A stretch of 64,000 bases of DNA from a candidate division FCPU426 bacterium (GCA_963796105.1 CAWCKJ010000004.1:800001-864000); one strand, 5' to 3'; positions 48,759 to 58,871 are shown, counted from the stretch's first letter. Program-made: numbers and translations. Notes: generated by a model from the letters alone, not told the origin.

Positions 48759-49508
48759 TTAGCCGTCAGGGTTGGCCTGGATTTTACGATTTTTCCGCAT
48801 GGATTCTCCTTTCAAGACGATGGAATGGGAGTTGTGGATTAGCCGGTCAAGAATGGCGTCAGCTAAAGTCGGGTCTCCGATGATTTCGTGCCAATGGCTT
48901 GGCGGGACTTGGGAAGTTACCAAGGTGGATCGCCGGTCATATCGGTCCTCCAATATCTCAAACAAGTCCTTGCGTTGCTCATCGGTGAGAACCGCCGTTC
49001 CCCAATCGTCCAGGATCAAAAGGTCATAGTGGGAGAAGGAGACGAGGATTTTCCCATATCGTCCATCCGCCTTGGCCAGGGCCAAGTCTTGGAAAAGTTT
49101 GGGAACCCTCAAGTAAAGAACGTGGAACCCTTCACGGCAGCCCTGGTGCCCCAGGGCACAGGCTAGGTAGCTCTTTCCACAGCCCGTGGGCCCTGTAATC
49201 AGGCAGTTGTCATGGGATCGAAGCCAAGCGCAGGATGCCAGTGACAGGATTTTCGCCTTGTCTAGACCGCGGGGCTGTTGGTAATCCACGTCCTCCATCG
49301 TTGCCGGAAGACGTAGTTTCGCCCTTTGCAGCCTGGCGGTGAGGCGGCTGTTGGATCTCATCATCTCCTCCCGGTCCAACAACAAAGCGAACCTTTCCTC
49401 GAAACTCAAGGAACTGCATTCAGGATTTTCCATCTGCTCTTGCAGGGCCTTGAGCATGCCGGGCAATCTCAGTTGATAAAGCTTGTCCAGGGTAGGGTGT
49501 TGAAGCAT
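48759..49508 (-). CDS. istB: IS21 helper ATPase
   Basis: GPTGCGKS, LILDDWG, ADAILDRLIHN. Confidence 0.96.
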   Translation of the reverse strand: MLQHPTLDKLYQLRLPGMLKALQEQMENPECSSLSFEERFALLLDREEMMRSNSRLTARLQRAKLRLPATMEDVDYQQPRGLDKAKILSLASCAWLRSHDNCLITGPTGCGKSYLACALGHQGCREGFHVLYLRVPKLFQDLALAKADGRYGKILVSFSHYDLLILDDWGTAVLTDEQRKDLFEILEDRYDRRSTLVTSQVPPSHWHEIIGDPTLADAILDRLIHNSHSIVLKGESMRKNRKIQANPDG

Positions 49509-49529
49509 ACGTCCTCCTTGTGATTGATT

Positions 49530-51077
49530 TCAAAGCTGGTAATAGGCCGATCCCCGTACGTTGTCGTGCAGGGGAAGGGGTAAACACACCACTTGGCTTT
49601 CCAAGGGACGCTGATCCAGGCCGGTCTTGAGGATGGACTGGATGCTCCTTCGGGAAACAGCGTTGGAAGCCAAAGCGCGCGAGCAGGCGGCGTTGAGCCT
49701 CGCCGCGCCGAACTGCTTGGAAAGTTGGATAAGTCCCAGACAGGCCCGGTAACCCTGCTGGGGATGAACTTTGGAAGCCAATATCTGTTCCACGCATTTC
49801 TCGACTGAATCCCCCAGCGAATGAGCCCAGCGCAAAAGTCTTTCGGGGCTCCAATCCCCGTAGTCCTTGTGATTCTTGGGCATATGGTCCTTGCAGGTAG
49901 TGTGATAGCCTTTCACGAAGGACCGTAAATGGCTGGCCACCCGCTTGTGTTGGTGGAAACATTCCACGATGGAGGATGTGGTTCGAACCCAAATACTTTG
50001 GCCGACCAATTGGTAGGGAATGCTGTAATAGTGTCGGTCGATTTCGACGTGGTAGTCGATATGCACCCGGGCTTGTTTCCATTGGGCGAAGTCGTAGGGA
50101 ACCTCAGGAAGAGGCTTCAAAAGGGGCTTTTCCAGCTCCTCAAAGAGGGACTTTCGGGAACCGGGAATCTTCTGGAAGGGTTTGGCATTGAACTTCACCA
50201 AAAGCTCGGCGATGGCCTCGTTGAGGTCGGCGAGGGAGAAAAATTGCCGGTGGCGAAGAACCGCTAGGATTTGACGCTCGATATCCTGAACGCCTTTTTC
50301 TACCTTGGCCTTGTCCCTTGGTTTTCGGACCCGGGCCGGAAGGATGGCAGTACCGTAATGGTTGGCGAGTTCCTGGTAGGTGGCATTGGGTTGGGGCTCA
50401 TAGCGGCAAGGACGGGTAATGCCGCTTTTGAGATTGTCGGGAACTATCAACTCGTGGATACCACCGAAGAATCTGAAAGCCCTTTGGTGGGAGGCGATCC
50501 AATCTGGAAGTCCCTGGGTCCAGGTGGCCTCGGCATAGGCGTAATTACTGGCGCAGGACACGGCCACGAAGATTTGGGCTTCACGAATTTCCCCGGTCAA
50601 GCGATCCACAACGGGCATGGTTAGGCCGGCGTAATCGACCATTAACTTTTCACCGGCCTTGTGGTCCAACCGCATGGAAACATCCAAGGTTTGGGTCCAG
50701 TCCCGGTAGAGCCCGAAGAAACGGCTTCGCAGGTATCCATCGGGATGGATATTCTTGTACTCTTGCCACAAGAGCTCCATGGTAACGCCCTTGCGTTTAA
50801 GTTCCTGGTGGATTTGATTCCAGGTGGGCAGGGGTCTGGATTTATTTCTGGGTTCGATGGGACCCGAGGGGAATAGTCGTGTTTCCAACGTGGCATCGTC
50901 CAAATCGGCTGGAAGCGGCCAAACCAACCCGGCTTTCTGCGCCCTGATGATATATTCCCGAACAGTTGTTTCGCCTAGTCCACAGCCTCGGGCAATATTT
51001 CGAAGACTCAGCCCCTTCTCGTACTTCAACCGCAATACTTCCCTGATTTGACGCATGGATGAACGCTCCCTTGGCAT
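49530..51077 (-). CDS. istA: IS21 transposase
   Basis: N-terminal HTH, VDYAG, PDNLKS, PRDKAKVE, YSIPY. Confidence 0.96.
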   Translation of the reverse strand: MPRERSSMRQIREVLRLKYEKGLSLRNIARGCGLGETTVREYIIRAQKAGLVWPLPADLDDATLETRLFPSGPIEPRNKSRPLPTWNQIHQELKRKGVTMELLWQEYKNIHPDGYLRSRFFGLYRDWTQTLDVSMRLDHKAGEKLMVDYAGLTMPVVDRLTGEIREAQIFVAVSCASNYAYAEATWTQGLPDWIASHQRAFRFFGGIHELIVPDNLKSGITRPCRYEPQPNATYQELANHYGTAILPARVRKPRDKAKVEKGVQDIERQILAVLRHRQFFSLADLNEAIAELLVKFNAKPFQKIPGSRKSLFEELEKPLLKPLPEVPYDFAQWKQARVHIDYHVEIDRHYYSIPYQLVGQSIWVRTTSSIVECFHQHKRVASHLRSFVKGYHTTCKDHMPKNHKDYGDWSPERLLRWAHSLGDSVEKCVEQILASKVHPQQGYRACLGLIQLSKQFGAARLNAACSRALASNAVSRRSIQSILKTGLDQRPLESQVVCLPLPLHDNVRGSAYYQL

Positions 51078-51281
51078 TCCGACCTCCTTGGTTTTGGAAC
51101 AACCAAAAAAGGCCAAGAATAACCCTGTTGAAGGTTATCCCGCATCGTTCGCCCTCCCTTCAAACCCTAGAAATAGCTTTCTAGGGGTGCACGCTTTCGA
51201 TTGGATTAGGTGCGCGCTTTGGATTGGATTTAGTGCGCGGATTCGATTGGATTGGGTGCGCGCTTTCAATTGGAATATGCA

Positions 51282-51495
51282 GCAACCTAGGATAACCTGG
51301 TGACACCTACCGGCATGGGGGGATAAACTGCCCACATTTCCGCCGACCGACTATGAACATGGGTGAAACTCCTATGGTCATAAGGCAGGGGTCCTATGAA
51401 CATGGCCGGTTCCCCTTTGGTCATGGGTCGGACTCCAAGGGACATGAAGCTGGCCCCTTAGGGTCATTGGGTCGGTTCTTGGGAGCATGGTTCAA
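51282..51495. repeat. End of the 43-bp array followed by degenerate ~21-bp tandem repeats
   Basis: ctatgaacatgg.../ctatggtcataa.../ctttggtcatgg... at about 21-nt period. Confidence 0.7.
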
Positions 51496-51775
51496 GATTT
51501 CTGCCAATTCTTGCCCTCCGGCGGGACAAACTTGGGTCCTAGAATATTGTGCGAATCAAAAAAGTTGCGCGATTCGACCTGTAAAGTTGCGCGAATCTAA
51601 ATGTTGCGCGATTCCGGACGGGTATTTTCCAATTTTGTCCAGCGGCTGGACAGGATCTTCTTTAAAACGAATGTTCCAATGCGAATTTACTTGGAATTAT
51701 TGGAATATTTGACTTTTAAACCATATGGGTATATGTTTAACACATAGAGTTTAACATTAAACTTAATGGTGATCT

Positions 51776-52060
51776 ATGGATAGGTTGAATCAAATCAACC
51801 AAATCCTGGATTCCTGTCTGACAACAGAAACTTTAGCCCAGGTCAATCCTTCCGTCAGTCATTCGGAAGATATGCTCATCAACACTTCCTCATTACAGGA
51901 TCAGCACCGCCAGGTGCAAATCGCCCTGTTGGAAAAGGTTGGAGCAAGGATTGAGGTCGAACTCGGGGATTCCATCAAGGACCAAGAGGTAGTCCTGGTG
52001 TGCCAAAGGATCGACCAATTCCTGGTCCAGCGGGGATTTTTTATAAGGTCTATTCTTTAA
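51776..52060 (+). CDS. Hypothetical protein
   Basis: 94-aa ORF with a GGTGA RBS and an upstream TTGACT promoter-like sequence. Confidence 0.5.
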   Translation: MDRLNQINQILDSCLTTETLAQVNPSVSHSEDMLINTSSLQDQHRQVQIALLEKVGARIEVELGDSIKDQEVVLVCQRIDQFLVQRGFFIRSIL

Positions 52061-52240
52061 AAACCCACCCAGTTGTTTCTTCTCGTCCCATCAAAATATT
52101 TTGCGCCTATGTACAATGCACCTGTGGTCTATTGTTTTTTTTAACTTCCCCCTCTTTCAGAGGGGGAGATGTAGTGCATCCAGATTGAATTTGCCAAAGT
52201 CGAGTTACTGAATGAATTTTTGAGGGAAGAAAGAAGAGAT

Positions 52241-53479
52241 TTAGTTGCTGAATTGGGACTTGATGGAGAGGATTTTTTCCAAGTTGTTGTTGAAGGCCTG
52301 GGCGATGTTGGGATCGAAATGATGCCCCGTGCCGTCCTTGATGATCTTCAAGGAGTCCCCCAGGGAAAAGGCCGGCTTATAACAGCGCTTGGTCGTGAGG
52401 GCGTCAAACACGTCCGCCAGGGCCACGATGCGTCCCGATAGGGGGATCGTCTCGCCCTTCAATCCTTTTGGATAACCGGACCCGTCCCATTTCTCATGGT
52501 GCGACAGCGCGATTTCCTCGGACACCTTTAACAGCTCGTCCTTGGCGTTCTCCAGAATCTTCCCGCCAAAAATCGTATGATTTTGCATTTCCTTGAATTC
52601 CGCCGGCGTCAATTTCCCCGGCTTCATGAGAATGGCGTCCGGAACCCCCAATTTCCCGATGTCATGCATGGGGGAAGCGTAGCGGATATTTTCCACCTCA
52701 TGGTGCGACAATCCCAATCCCTCGGCCAGGACCGCGGAGTACCGGCTCATCCGGTGGAGGTGGGAGGCGGTGTCGTCATCCTTGTATTCCGCGGCAACCG
52801 ACAGGCGGAAGATAGTGTCCAAGTAAGCGTCCTTAAGCTCCTGGGTCAGCCGGGCGTTCCCTAACGCGATGGCGGCTTGGCTGGCCAGGGACAGGACCAG
52901 GTTCTCGAAATGTTTTTGAAAGGGAATGACCTTTTTTTTCTTTCGCGCGTTAATGAGCTGGATGACCCCCACCACCTTGCCCGAGGGGTCCTTCATGGGC
53001 ACCATCAGCATGCTTGTGGTGTGGTAATTGTTTTTCTGGTCGAAAGAGGGGTTGTGCTTGTATTCCTTGCTCTTGGGGATCTTATAGGCATCCGGAATGT
53101 TCAGGACCTTGCCGGTGGAGCCCACGTAGCCCGCCAGGGAGCTCTTGTCCAGTGAAACATAAAATCCCGTGAAGGTCGAGGGAACCACGTCCACGGGCTT
53201 ATTCTGGGCCTTCACTTCCGCCTTCCTGCGGGCGTCCAAGACGTCATTCTGGCTCACGGAAAAACGAAGCTGGTTCCCCTCGCGCACATAAAGGCTTCCC
53301 GCCTCGGAGTTGGTGAACTGCCGGCTCTCCGTGAGGATGAGGGTCAGGAGCTGGTTGAGATCCTGTTCCTTGGTCAGGGCGATCCCGATTCGGTTCAGCG
53401 ACATCAATTGTTCCTGGAGGCCGCTCGCGGTGATTTTGGTGGGCATTAAAATTTCCTTGGAAATGGTTCCATTGGCCAT
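52241..53479 (-). CDS. GAF + HD-GYP cyclic-dinucleotide phosphodiesterase
   Basis: GAF (VPMKDPSGKVVGVIQLIN), HDIGK, HHEKWDGSGYP, ADVFDAL. Confidence 0.93.
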   Translation of the reverse strand: MANGTISKEILMPTKITASGLQEQLMSLNRIGIALTKEQDLNQLLTLILTESRQFTNSEAGSLYVREGNQLRFSVSQNDVLDARRKAEVKAQNKPVDVVPSTFTGFYVSLDKSSLAGYVGSTGKVLNIPDAYKIPKSKEYKHNPSFDQKNNYHTTSMLMVPMKDPSGKVVGVIQLINARKKKKVIPFQKHFENLVLSLASQAAIALGNARLTQELKDAYLDTIFRLSVAAEYKDDDTASHLHRMSRYSAVLAEGLGLSHHEVENIRYASPMHDIGKLGVPDAILMKPGKLTPAEFKEMQNHTIFGGKILENAKDELLKVSEEIALSHHEKWDGSGYPKGLKGETIPLSGRIVALADVFDALTTKRCYKPAFSLGDSLKIIKDGTGHHFDPNIAQAFNNNLEKILSIKSQFSN

Positions 53480-53545
53480 TTAAAAATACCCCCGAAAGGG
53501 GCAAATAACAAGGGGTTTGCCACTTTTGGCATGCCTGATTCTTTC

Positions 53546-53962
53546 CTAGAGTTTCTTGAGAATCTCCGCGGGGATAGGGGTTGGATTGAACTGGTTATTG
53601 ATGAAGACCATGACTTGGCGGGCGTCCACAATCAATTTTTTGGAGCCTTTCATGCGGAATTCGTAGGCCAAGGTCATGGAGGTTTTCCCGACTTTCTCGA
53701 TCCAGCCCGTGCCCAGGAGAATATCCTCGAAATGGGCTGGGGCGCGGTAGTTGATCTCCACCCGGGCCATGACCACCCAAACCTTCGCGTTGCGCACCTG
53801 CTTGAAAGAAAAGCCGAACTTCTTGCCGAGGGCATACCGGACCCTCTCGATATACCTCAGGAACTCGGTATTATTGACCACTCCCAGGAAGTCTGTCTCA
53901 AAGGACAAGACGGGAAGCTCGACCGTCGCGCTGTGCCTGACCCCAATGGATTTATTCGCCAT
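53546..53962 (-). CDS. Acyl-CoA thioesterase (4HBT/YbgC family)
   Basis: ETDFLGVVNNTEFLRYIE and INYRAPAHFED motifs. Confidence 0.88.
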   Translation of the reverse strand: MANKSIGVRHSATVELPVLSFETDFLGVVNNTEFLRYIERVRYALGKKFGFSFKQVRNAKVWVVMARVEINYRAPAHFEDILLGTGWIEKVGKTSMTLAYEFRMKGSKKLIVDARQVMVFINNQFNPTPIPAEILKKL

Positions 53963-54035
53963 AAAATTCCCCCCCTTCTCACGCTTACTACTCATCAGTT
54001 ATTTTAACTTATGGGTACTTCTAAAATTCATTCAG

Positions 54036-54127
54036 ACCCTCGCCCTGCGGGAGAGGGTAGGGTGAGGGGTAATAAATCAAAGTATTTCACCCTCATCCCG
54101 ACCTTCTCCCCTCGAGGGAGAAGGTGA
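54036..54127. repeat. REP-like palindromic pair (CCCTCTCCC...GGGAGAGGG type)
   Basis: accctcgccctgcgggagagggtagggtgaggg ... ccctcatcccgaccttctccctcgagggagaaggt. Confidence 0.8.
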
Positions 54128-54186
54128 CCATCAATTATTATAGACCCCTTTATGGGCGTCCTCTTGCCCCGGAGAAACCCCCCTTG

Positions 54187-57100
54187 TCACCATTCCACCG
54201 GGCACTTCAGGATTTCCCCGGACTGCTTATGCGCGAAAAGGACGTGGCCCTTCTCTTTCCCGAACTTCCAAAGGTCGTGGGTGAGCTTCACGTCCTGTTT
54301 GCAATAATCGATCACCTGATCGTATTTGCCCTCTCGCCACCATTGGACCGCGAGCATGCCGTCGGCGGATTTTTCCGCGCCTCCCAGGGTATGCTGGGCC
54401 AGGTGGGCGAGGGAGAGCCTGTGTTTCAGCTTCTTCTGGATATCCGCCATGAGGTCCAGGGTCGGCAGGGTCTCCATCCGGAAAGAGGTGTAGCCCTGGA
54501 TCACGCCGTAGTCAAAGCGGAGGGTGTTGAAGCCGATCACGAGGCTGGAGGCTTTCAAGTGCGCGATCAGGTCCTTGACGTTTTCCTCCACGTAGGTGAA
54601 ATACTTGCCGAGGTCCACGTCATAAACCACCGCGCAGGAGAGCTTCATGCCTGGCAGGTTGCTCCAGCCTCCCGGGACTTCGGCTGAAAGGAACTGGGTC
54701 TCAATGTCAAAAACGACTTTCCCGGTTTTCTCCGGTACCGGGTCGTTGGAAATTTTCGGGCCCGGGGCTAAGCCGGCCGCTTTCGGGTGGATGCTATTGC
54801 TTGGCCCTTTGTCCTGGGCCGGGTTGACGCTTTCGGTATTATCCATTCTTTGCCCTTTCGTATTAAAAGATTCCTCGGCGTAGATCAAATTTTGTCGCGC
54901 CCAGCCGGAGGCCGGCTTCCAATCCTCCCGGCCCAGGATATGGCCCAGGATCAGGAGAGCCCCCTTCTTATCCAACGGGTGGTTGCCGCTTCCGCATTTG
55001 GGGGATTGCACGCAGGAGGGACAGCCGTCCTCGCACTCGCAGTCGCGGATCATCTCGAAAGTCGTGGTTAAAAGCTCCTCCATGGTCTCATACGCTTTTT
55101 CCGAGAGCCCGACTCCGCCGGGGTAGCCATCATAGATGAAGATGACCGGCTGGGGCACCTGGGGATGGGCGGGAGTGGAAATGCCCCCCAGGTCCCACCG
55201 GTCGCAGACGACATGAAGGGGCATCATGGCGATGGTTCCGTGCTCGGCGGCGTGCAGGCCCCCCATGAAATGGATTTTCTTCTCCGACAGGTTTCTCTGG
55301 AGCCAATCCGGAAGCGACATCCAAAGGGCCCTGGTCTCGAAAGTTTGCGGGGGAAGCGTGAGGGGATAGGTGGAAACCAGGGACCGGTCCACGATGCGGT
55401 GGATTTCATAATTGATGAACCTTTGGGTGATCCTGACCCTTCCCCACTTGATGGCGCATTGGGCGGAGCCCTTGCCGAGAGTCCTTTGCTTCAATTCCTC
55501 CAGGATGGTGGTCTCCTCCTCATAGTTGACTTGGGTGTAGTAATCCACCGGCTCGTCGGAAACCAGGATCTTGCGCTGTTCCCATTGAAGGTCCTTCACC
55601 ACGTACTGCGCGCCCTGGTGAAGATAGACCGCCCCGGGATGGCAGTCCCGGAAGGCCCTCATGCCGTCAATGGTGCCGATCATCTCGCCGGTATCCTGGA
55701 GGATGATCTGGTACCCCTCCCCCATGTCCCGAATGCTGATGGCCCTTTGGGGATTCTTGTCCGTGACCATCCATTTTTCACCGCCGGCCGATTCCAGAAT
55801 TTGCCCTTCCCTCACGAGGGAAGGAAGGAGGTCCGGGAGAAGCTTGCCGTAGAATTCCTCATCCCCGCTGGTCAAGGGGATCTCGGCCGCGGCGCACCGC
55901 AGGTGAGCCCGGGCGATGGTCTCGTTCTCAAATCCCACCATCAGGGACTCCGGCTTCATCGTGAAGAATTTCGAGGGATGTTTCATCCAGTACTGGTCCA
56001 TGGCGTCGGCCATGCCCACGAGAAAAACCGCGGACGGCGCCGAGCCCCTGCCCACGCGCCCGGAGCGCTGCCAGGTGGAGATCATGGTTCCCGGATAACC
56101 CACCAGGATGCAGGCGTCCAGCCCGCCCACGTCGATGCCCACCTCCAGGGCCGAGGTGGAGATGACCGCCTTGAGCTTGTCCTGGAACAGGAGCGCCTCG
56201 ATCTCGCGCCTCTCCTCTGGTAGATAACCAGCCCGGTAGCTTTTGATCTGGGAGGTCCACTCCGGGCGGGCCTGGGTGATCCACATGCTGATGAGTTCCG
56301 TGATTTTCCTGGCCTTGGTGAAGACGATGGTCTTCATCCCGGCCTTGAGGCATTCCGCCAGCAGGGTCACAGCCTCGGTATAGGGGGAGGTCGTGTCAGG
56401 ATTCCAAAGAACGAATGTTTTCTCGTTTTCGGGGGCCCCGGATTCGTCAACGATCTCATAATCCAGCCCGGTCAAATCCCCCAGGAACTCCGAGGGATTC
56501 CCCAGGGTTGCTGAGCAGGAAATGAATTGAGGCTGGGATCCGTAATAACGGCAGACCCGCCGGAGCCTGCGGAGGACATGCGCCACATGGGCGCCGAATA
56601 TGCCCCTATAGCTGTGGGCCTCATCCACCACCACGTATTTCAGGTTCTTGAAAAACTCCACCCAACCGTCGTGATAGGCGAGAATCCCCAGGTGGAGCAT
56701 GTCAGGATTGGAAAGGATGATCTGGGGAGGGTTCTTGCGGATACGGGCGCGCATTCCGGAGGCGGTGTCGCCGTCATAGATCTCGGCCTTGAAGACCGGA
56801 AGCTTGGCGGATTTGAGCAGGCTCATCCACTCCTGTAGGGTTTTTAACTGGTCCCGCGCCAGGGCTTTCATCGGGTAAAGATATAACGCGCGGGATTTGG
56901 GGTCTTTGAGGAAGGAATGAATGACCGGGAGGTTGAAACAAAGGGTTTTCCCCGATGCGGTCGGGGTGGTGATTGCGACATTTTTCCCGCTCAACAACAA
57001 CTCCAGGGCTTGGGCCTGATGGATCCAAAGCCTTTGGATTCCTGTTTTTTCAAGAAGACTCACGATTTCTTGGTCCAATGCCTTCGGAAAACCGCTGTAT

Positions 57101-57222
57101 CGGGAGGGTTTTGATTTCAACAATTCCACATGCTGGATCCGGTCTTTTAAATCCTTGCTGGTTCTCAAGCGGTTCAGCAAGGGGGCGAGAGGATAGGTTG
57201 GGGACGGGGCTTTAAAAACCAT
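54187..57222 (-). CDS. DEAH helicase with DUF1998 (MrfA/SftH/Hrq1-like) fused to a C-terminal RNase H-like exonuclease (MrfB-like)
   Basis: TASGKT, DEAH, QRSGRVGR, YDGYPGGVG, CECEDGCPSC, then VVFDIET...GFNTLRFDY...YCKQDV. Confidence 0.92.
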   Translation of the reverse strand: MVFKAPSPTYPLAPLLNRLRTSKDLKDRIQHVELLKSKPSRYSGFPKALDQEIVSLLEKTGIQRLWIHQAQALELLLSGKNVAITTPTASGKTLCFNLPVIHSFLKDPKSRALYLYPMKALARDQLKTLQEWMSLLKSAKLPVFKAEIYDGDTASGMRARIRKNPPQIILSNPDMLHLGILAYHDGWVEFFKNLKYVVVDEAHSYRGIFGAHVAHVLRRLRRVCRYYGSQPQFISCSATLGNPSEFLGDLTGLDYEIVDESGAPENEKTFVLWNPDTTSPYTEAVTLLAECLKAGMKTIVFTKARKITELISMWITQARPEWTSQIKSYRAGYLPEERREIEALLFQDKLKAVISTSALEVGIDVGGLDACILVGYPGTMISTWQRSGRVGRGSAPSAVFLVGMADAMDQYWMKHPSKFFTMKPESLMVGFENETIARAHLRCAAAEIPLTSGDEEFYGKLLPDLLPSLVREGQILESAGGEKWMVTDKNPQRAISIRDMGEGYQIILQDTGEMIGTIDGMRAFRDCHPGAVYLHQGAQYVVKDLQWEQRKILVSDEPVDYYTQVNYEEETTILEELKQRTLGKGSAQCAIKWGRVRITQRFINYEIHRIVDRSLVSTYPLTLPPQTFETRALWMSLPDWLQRNLSEKKIHFMGGLHAAEHGTIAMMPLHVVCDRWDLGGISTPAHPQVPQPVIFIYDGYPGGVGLSEKAYETMEELLTTTFEMIRDCECEDGCPSCVQSPKCGSGNHPLDKKGALLILGHILGREDWKPASGWARQNLIYAEESFNTKGQRMDNTESVNPAQDKGPSNSIHPKAAGLAPGPKISNDPVPEKTGKVVFDIETQFLSAEVPGGWSNLPGMKLSCAVVYDVDLGKYFTYVEENVKDLIAHLKASSLVIGFNTLRFDYGVIQGYTSFRMETLPTLDLMADIQKKLKHRLSLAHLAQHTLGGAEKSADGMLAVQWWREGKYDQVIDYCKQDVKLTHDLWKFGKEKGHVLFAHKQSGEILKCPVEW

Positions 57223-57359
57223 GAAAGGATTGTAAGTCCTTCAAAGATGATTTCAATGGCCCTCTCTTGAATAACTAAAATGACCTGGCAGGATTCATGA
57301 AGGAAAGCCTCTAACCGCGGGATTCATTCAAGAAAAACAAAAAGAGGCCCGGAGCAATA

Positions 57360-57394
57360 AAAAGGCCGGAAGTTCTGTGAACCCCCGGCCTTTT
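57360..57394 (-). terminator. Intrinsic terminator after dnaN
   Basis: aaaaggccgg-loop-ccggcctttt. Confidence 0.75.
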
Positions 57395-57419
57395 ATTTAT
57401 TCCAGCTGAACGGATTGAG

Positions 57420-58538
57420 CTAAACCCTCATTGGCATGATCACGCAGAGATAATCCGGGTCGCCCTTGGGCCGAATCACCCCCGGGCTAAGCGGCTGGGT
57501 CAGCTCCAGAAGAACCGTTTCGGTGCCGATATTCTTCAGGACATCCAGGACATATTTGGAATTGTAAGCGATGGCGATTTCCTCTCCCTTATAATCCACC
57601 TCGATCTCCTCCTGGGCCTCCCCCATATCGGGTGTTTTAGAGGAAATGGAGATTTTCCCGTTCTTGGCCTGGTAGCGGATGGAATTCGATTTTTCGGAGG
57701 TCAGAACCGCGACGCGGCGGGTCGCCGCGGAAAGTTCGGCGGTGGAGGCCTCAATTTTCTTGTCGGCCTCTTTTGGAATAACCTGATCGTAATTCGGGAA
57801 CTGACCGTCAATCAACCGGGAGACAATTTCGACATCGTTGACGTTGAACTTGATTTGGTTATCCGTCGCGATCACTTCGACAATGATCTCATTTTCTTTC
57901 CCTTTGCCCACGTCCGAAATGACCTTGGACAGCTCATTTAATGTCTTTGTCGGGATGATAACGCTGTATTTTTCATCCGACTTGTTCTCGAGTTTTTTCT
58001 GGATGAAAGCCAATCGGTGGCCGTCGGTAGCCACCATTTTTACTTTTCCTCCCTCGGCCTGGAAGAAAACCCCATTGAGGACATAGCGCGTCTCGTCGGT
58101 TGAGACGGCGAAAAGGGTTTTTCGGATCATATCCTGCAGGAGCAACCCGTTTATTTTTAAAACCTTATCTTTTTTGACTTCCGGCAAGATAGGAAAATCA
58201 TCCTTGGGGAGGCCATGAATCTTAAAATTGGACTTTTGACAGACCAAAATCATCTTATGATTGTCGTCGATCTCAAAATCAACGGAAGCTTCCGGCAGTT
58301 CCCGAACGATATCCGACAATTTTTTAGCGTTGATTGTGATGCTTCCCTTCTCAACCACCTCAGCTGGAACACTGCATCGGATGCCCATATCCAAATCCGT
58401 CGCCACAAACTCCAATTTTTTGTCCCTGGCTTCCAGCAGGACGTTTGCCAATATCGGCATGGTATTTTTAGCCGCGACAGCGTTTTGAACGGTATTGATT
58501 CCCTTTAAAAGGTCGGCCCTAGCCAGAACCACTTTCAT
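57420..58538 (-). CDS. dnaN: DNA polymerase III beta clamp
   Basis: MPILANVLL, DETRYVLNGV, ATDGHRLA, C-terminal IMPMRV. Confidence 0.98.
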   Translation of the reverse strand: MKVVLARADLLKGINTVQNAVAAKNTMPILANVLLEARDKKLEFVATDLDMGIRCSVPAEVVEKGSITINAKKLSDIVRELPEASVDFEIDDNHKMILVCQKSNFKIHGLPKDDFPILPEVKKDKVLKINGLLLQDMIRKTLFAVSTDETRYVLNGVFFQAEGGKVKMVATDGHRLAFIQKKLENKSDEKYSVIIPTKTLNELSKVISDVGKGKENEIIVEVIATDNQIKFNVNDVEIVSRLIDGQFPNYDQVIPKEADKKIEASTAELSAATRRVAVLTSEKSNSIRYQAKNGKISISSKTPDMGEAQEEIEVDYKGEEIAIAYNSKYVLDVLKNIGTETVLLELTQPLSPGVIRPKGDPDYLCVIMPMRV

Positions 58539-58559
58539 TGAAAACTCCTTCGACTATAA

Positions 58560-58860
58560 AGATTTAATTTTAAAATTTAACAGTATCAGTAGTAGGCATG
58601 GAGGATATGTGTAAAGATGCCTGAAATGCTTTATTCCGCAAAGATTAACAACGTTTTTTGTCGGGGTATAAACTGGGGATATTATAGAACAAATCCACAA
58701 CCCCGCAACCCTTTTGGTTTTTCACGATTCTTACGCACAAGTTTTTCAAAACTCATCAATCTTATTGTGTAAATCTCGGCTAGATATTCCCCCTGCGGGG
58801 AAAAATATTTTTTATGCCTGGATAAGAAGTGAATGGTTTGTGGAAAAAGAGGGAAAAGAC
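58560..58860 (-). other. oriC, dnaA-dnaN part: degenerate DnaA boxes, DnaA-trios and AT-rich unwinding region
   Basis: Minus strand 58616-58581 reads CTTTACACA TATCCTCCA TGCC TACTACTGATACTG, followed by an AT tract. Further box-like 9-mers (aaatccaca, ttacgcaca, tgtggaaaa). Confidence 0.8.
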
Positions 58861-58871
58861 GGGGAAAAAAC

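Larger units (their letters stand above)
48581..51281 (-). mobile_element. IS21 family insertion sequence
   Basis: istA-istB; TIRs ttcataatccaacgaaagcgcgca / tgcgcgctttcaattggaatatgca; subterminal repeats; 5-bp TSD GCAAC (48576-48580, 51282-51286). Confidence 0.95.

Noticed and set aside
51353..51712. 119-aa ORF
   Set aside because: Runs through degenerate 21/22-bp repeats whose register shifts frame; no RBS.
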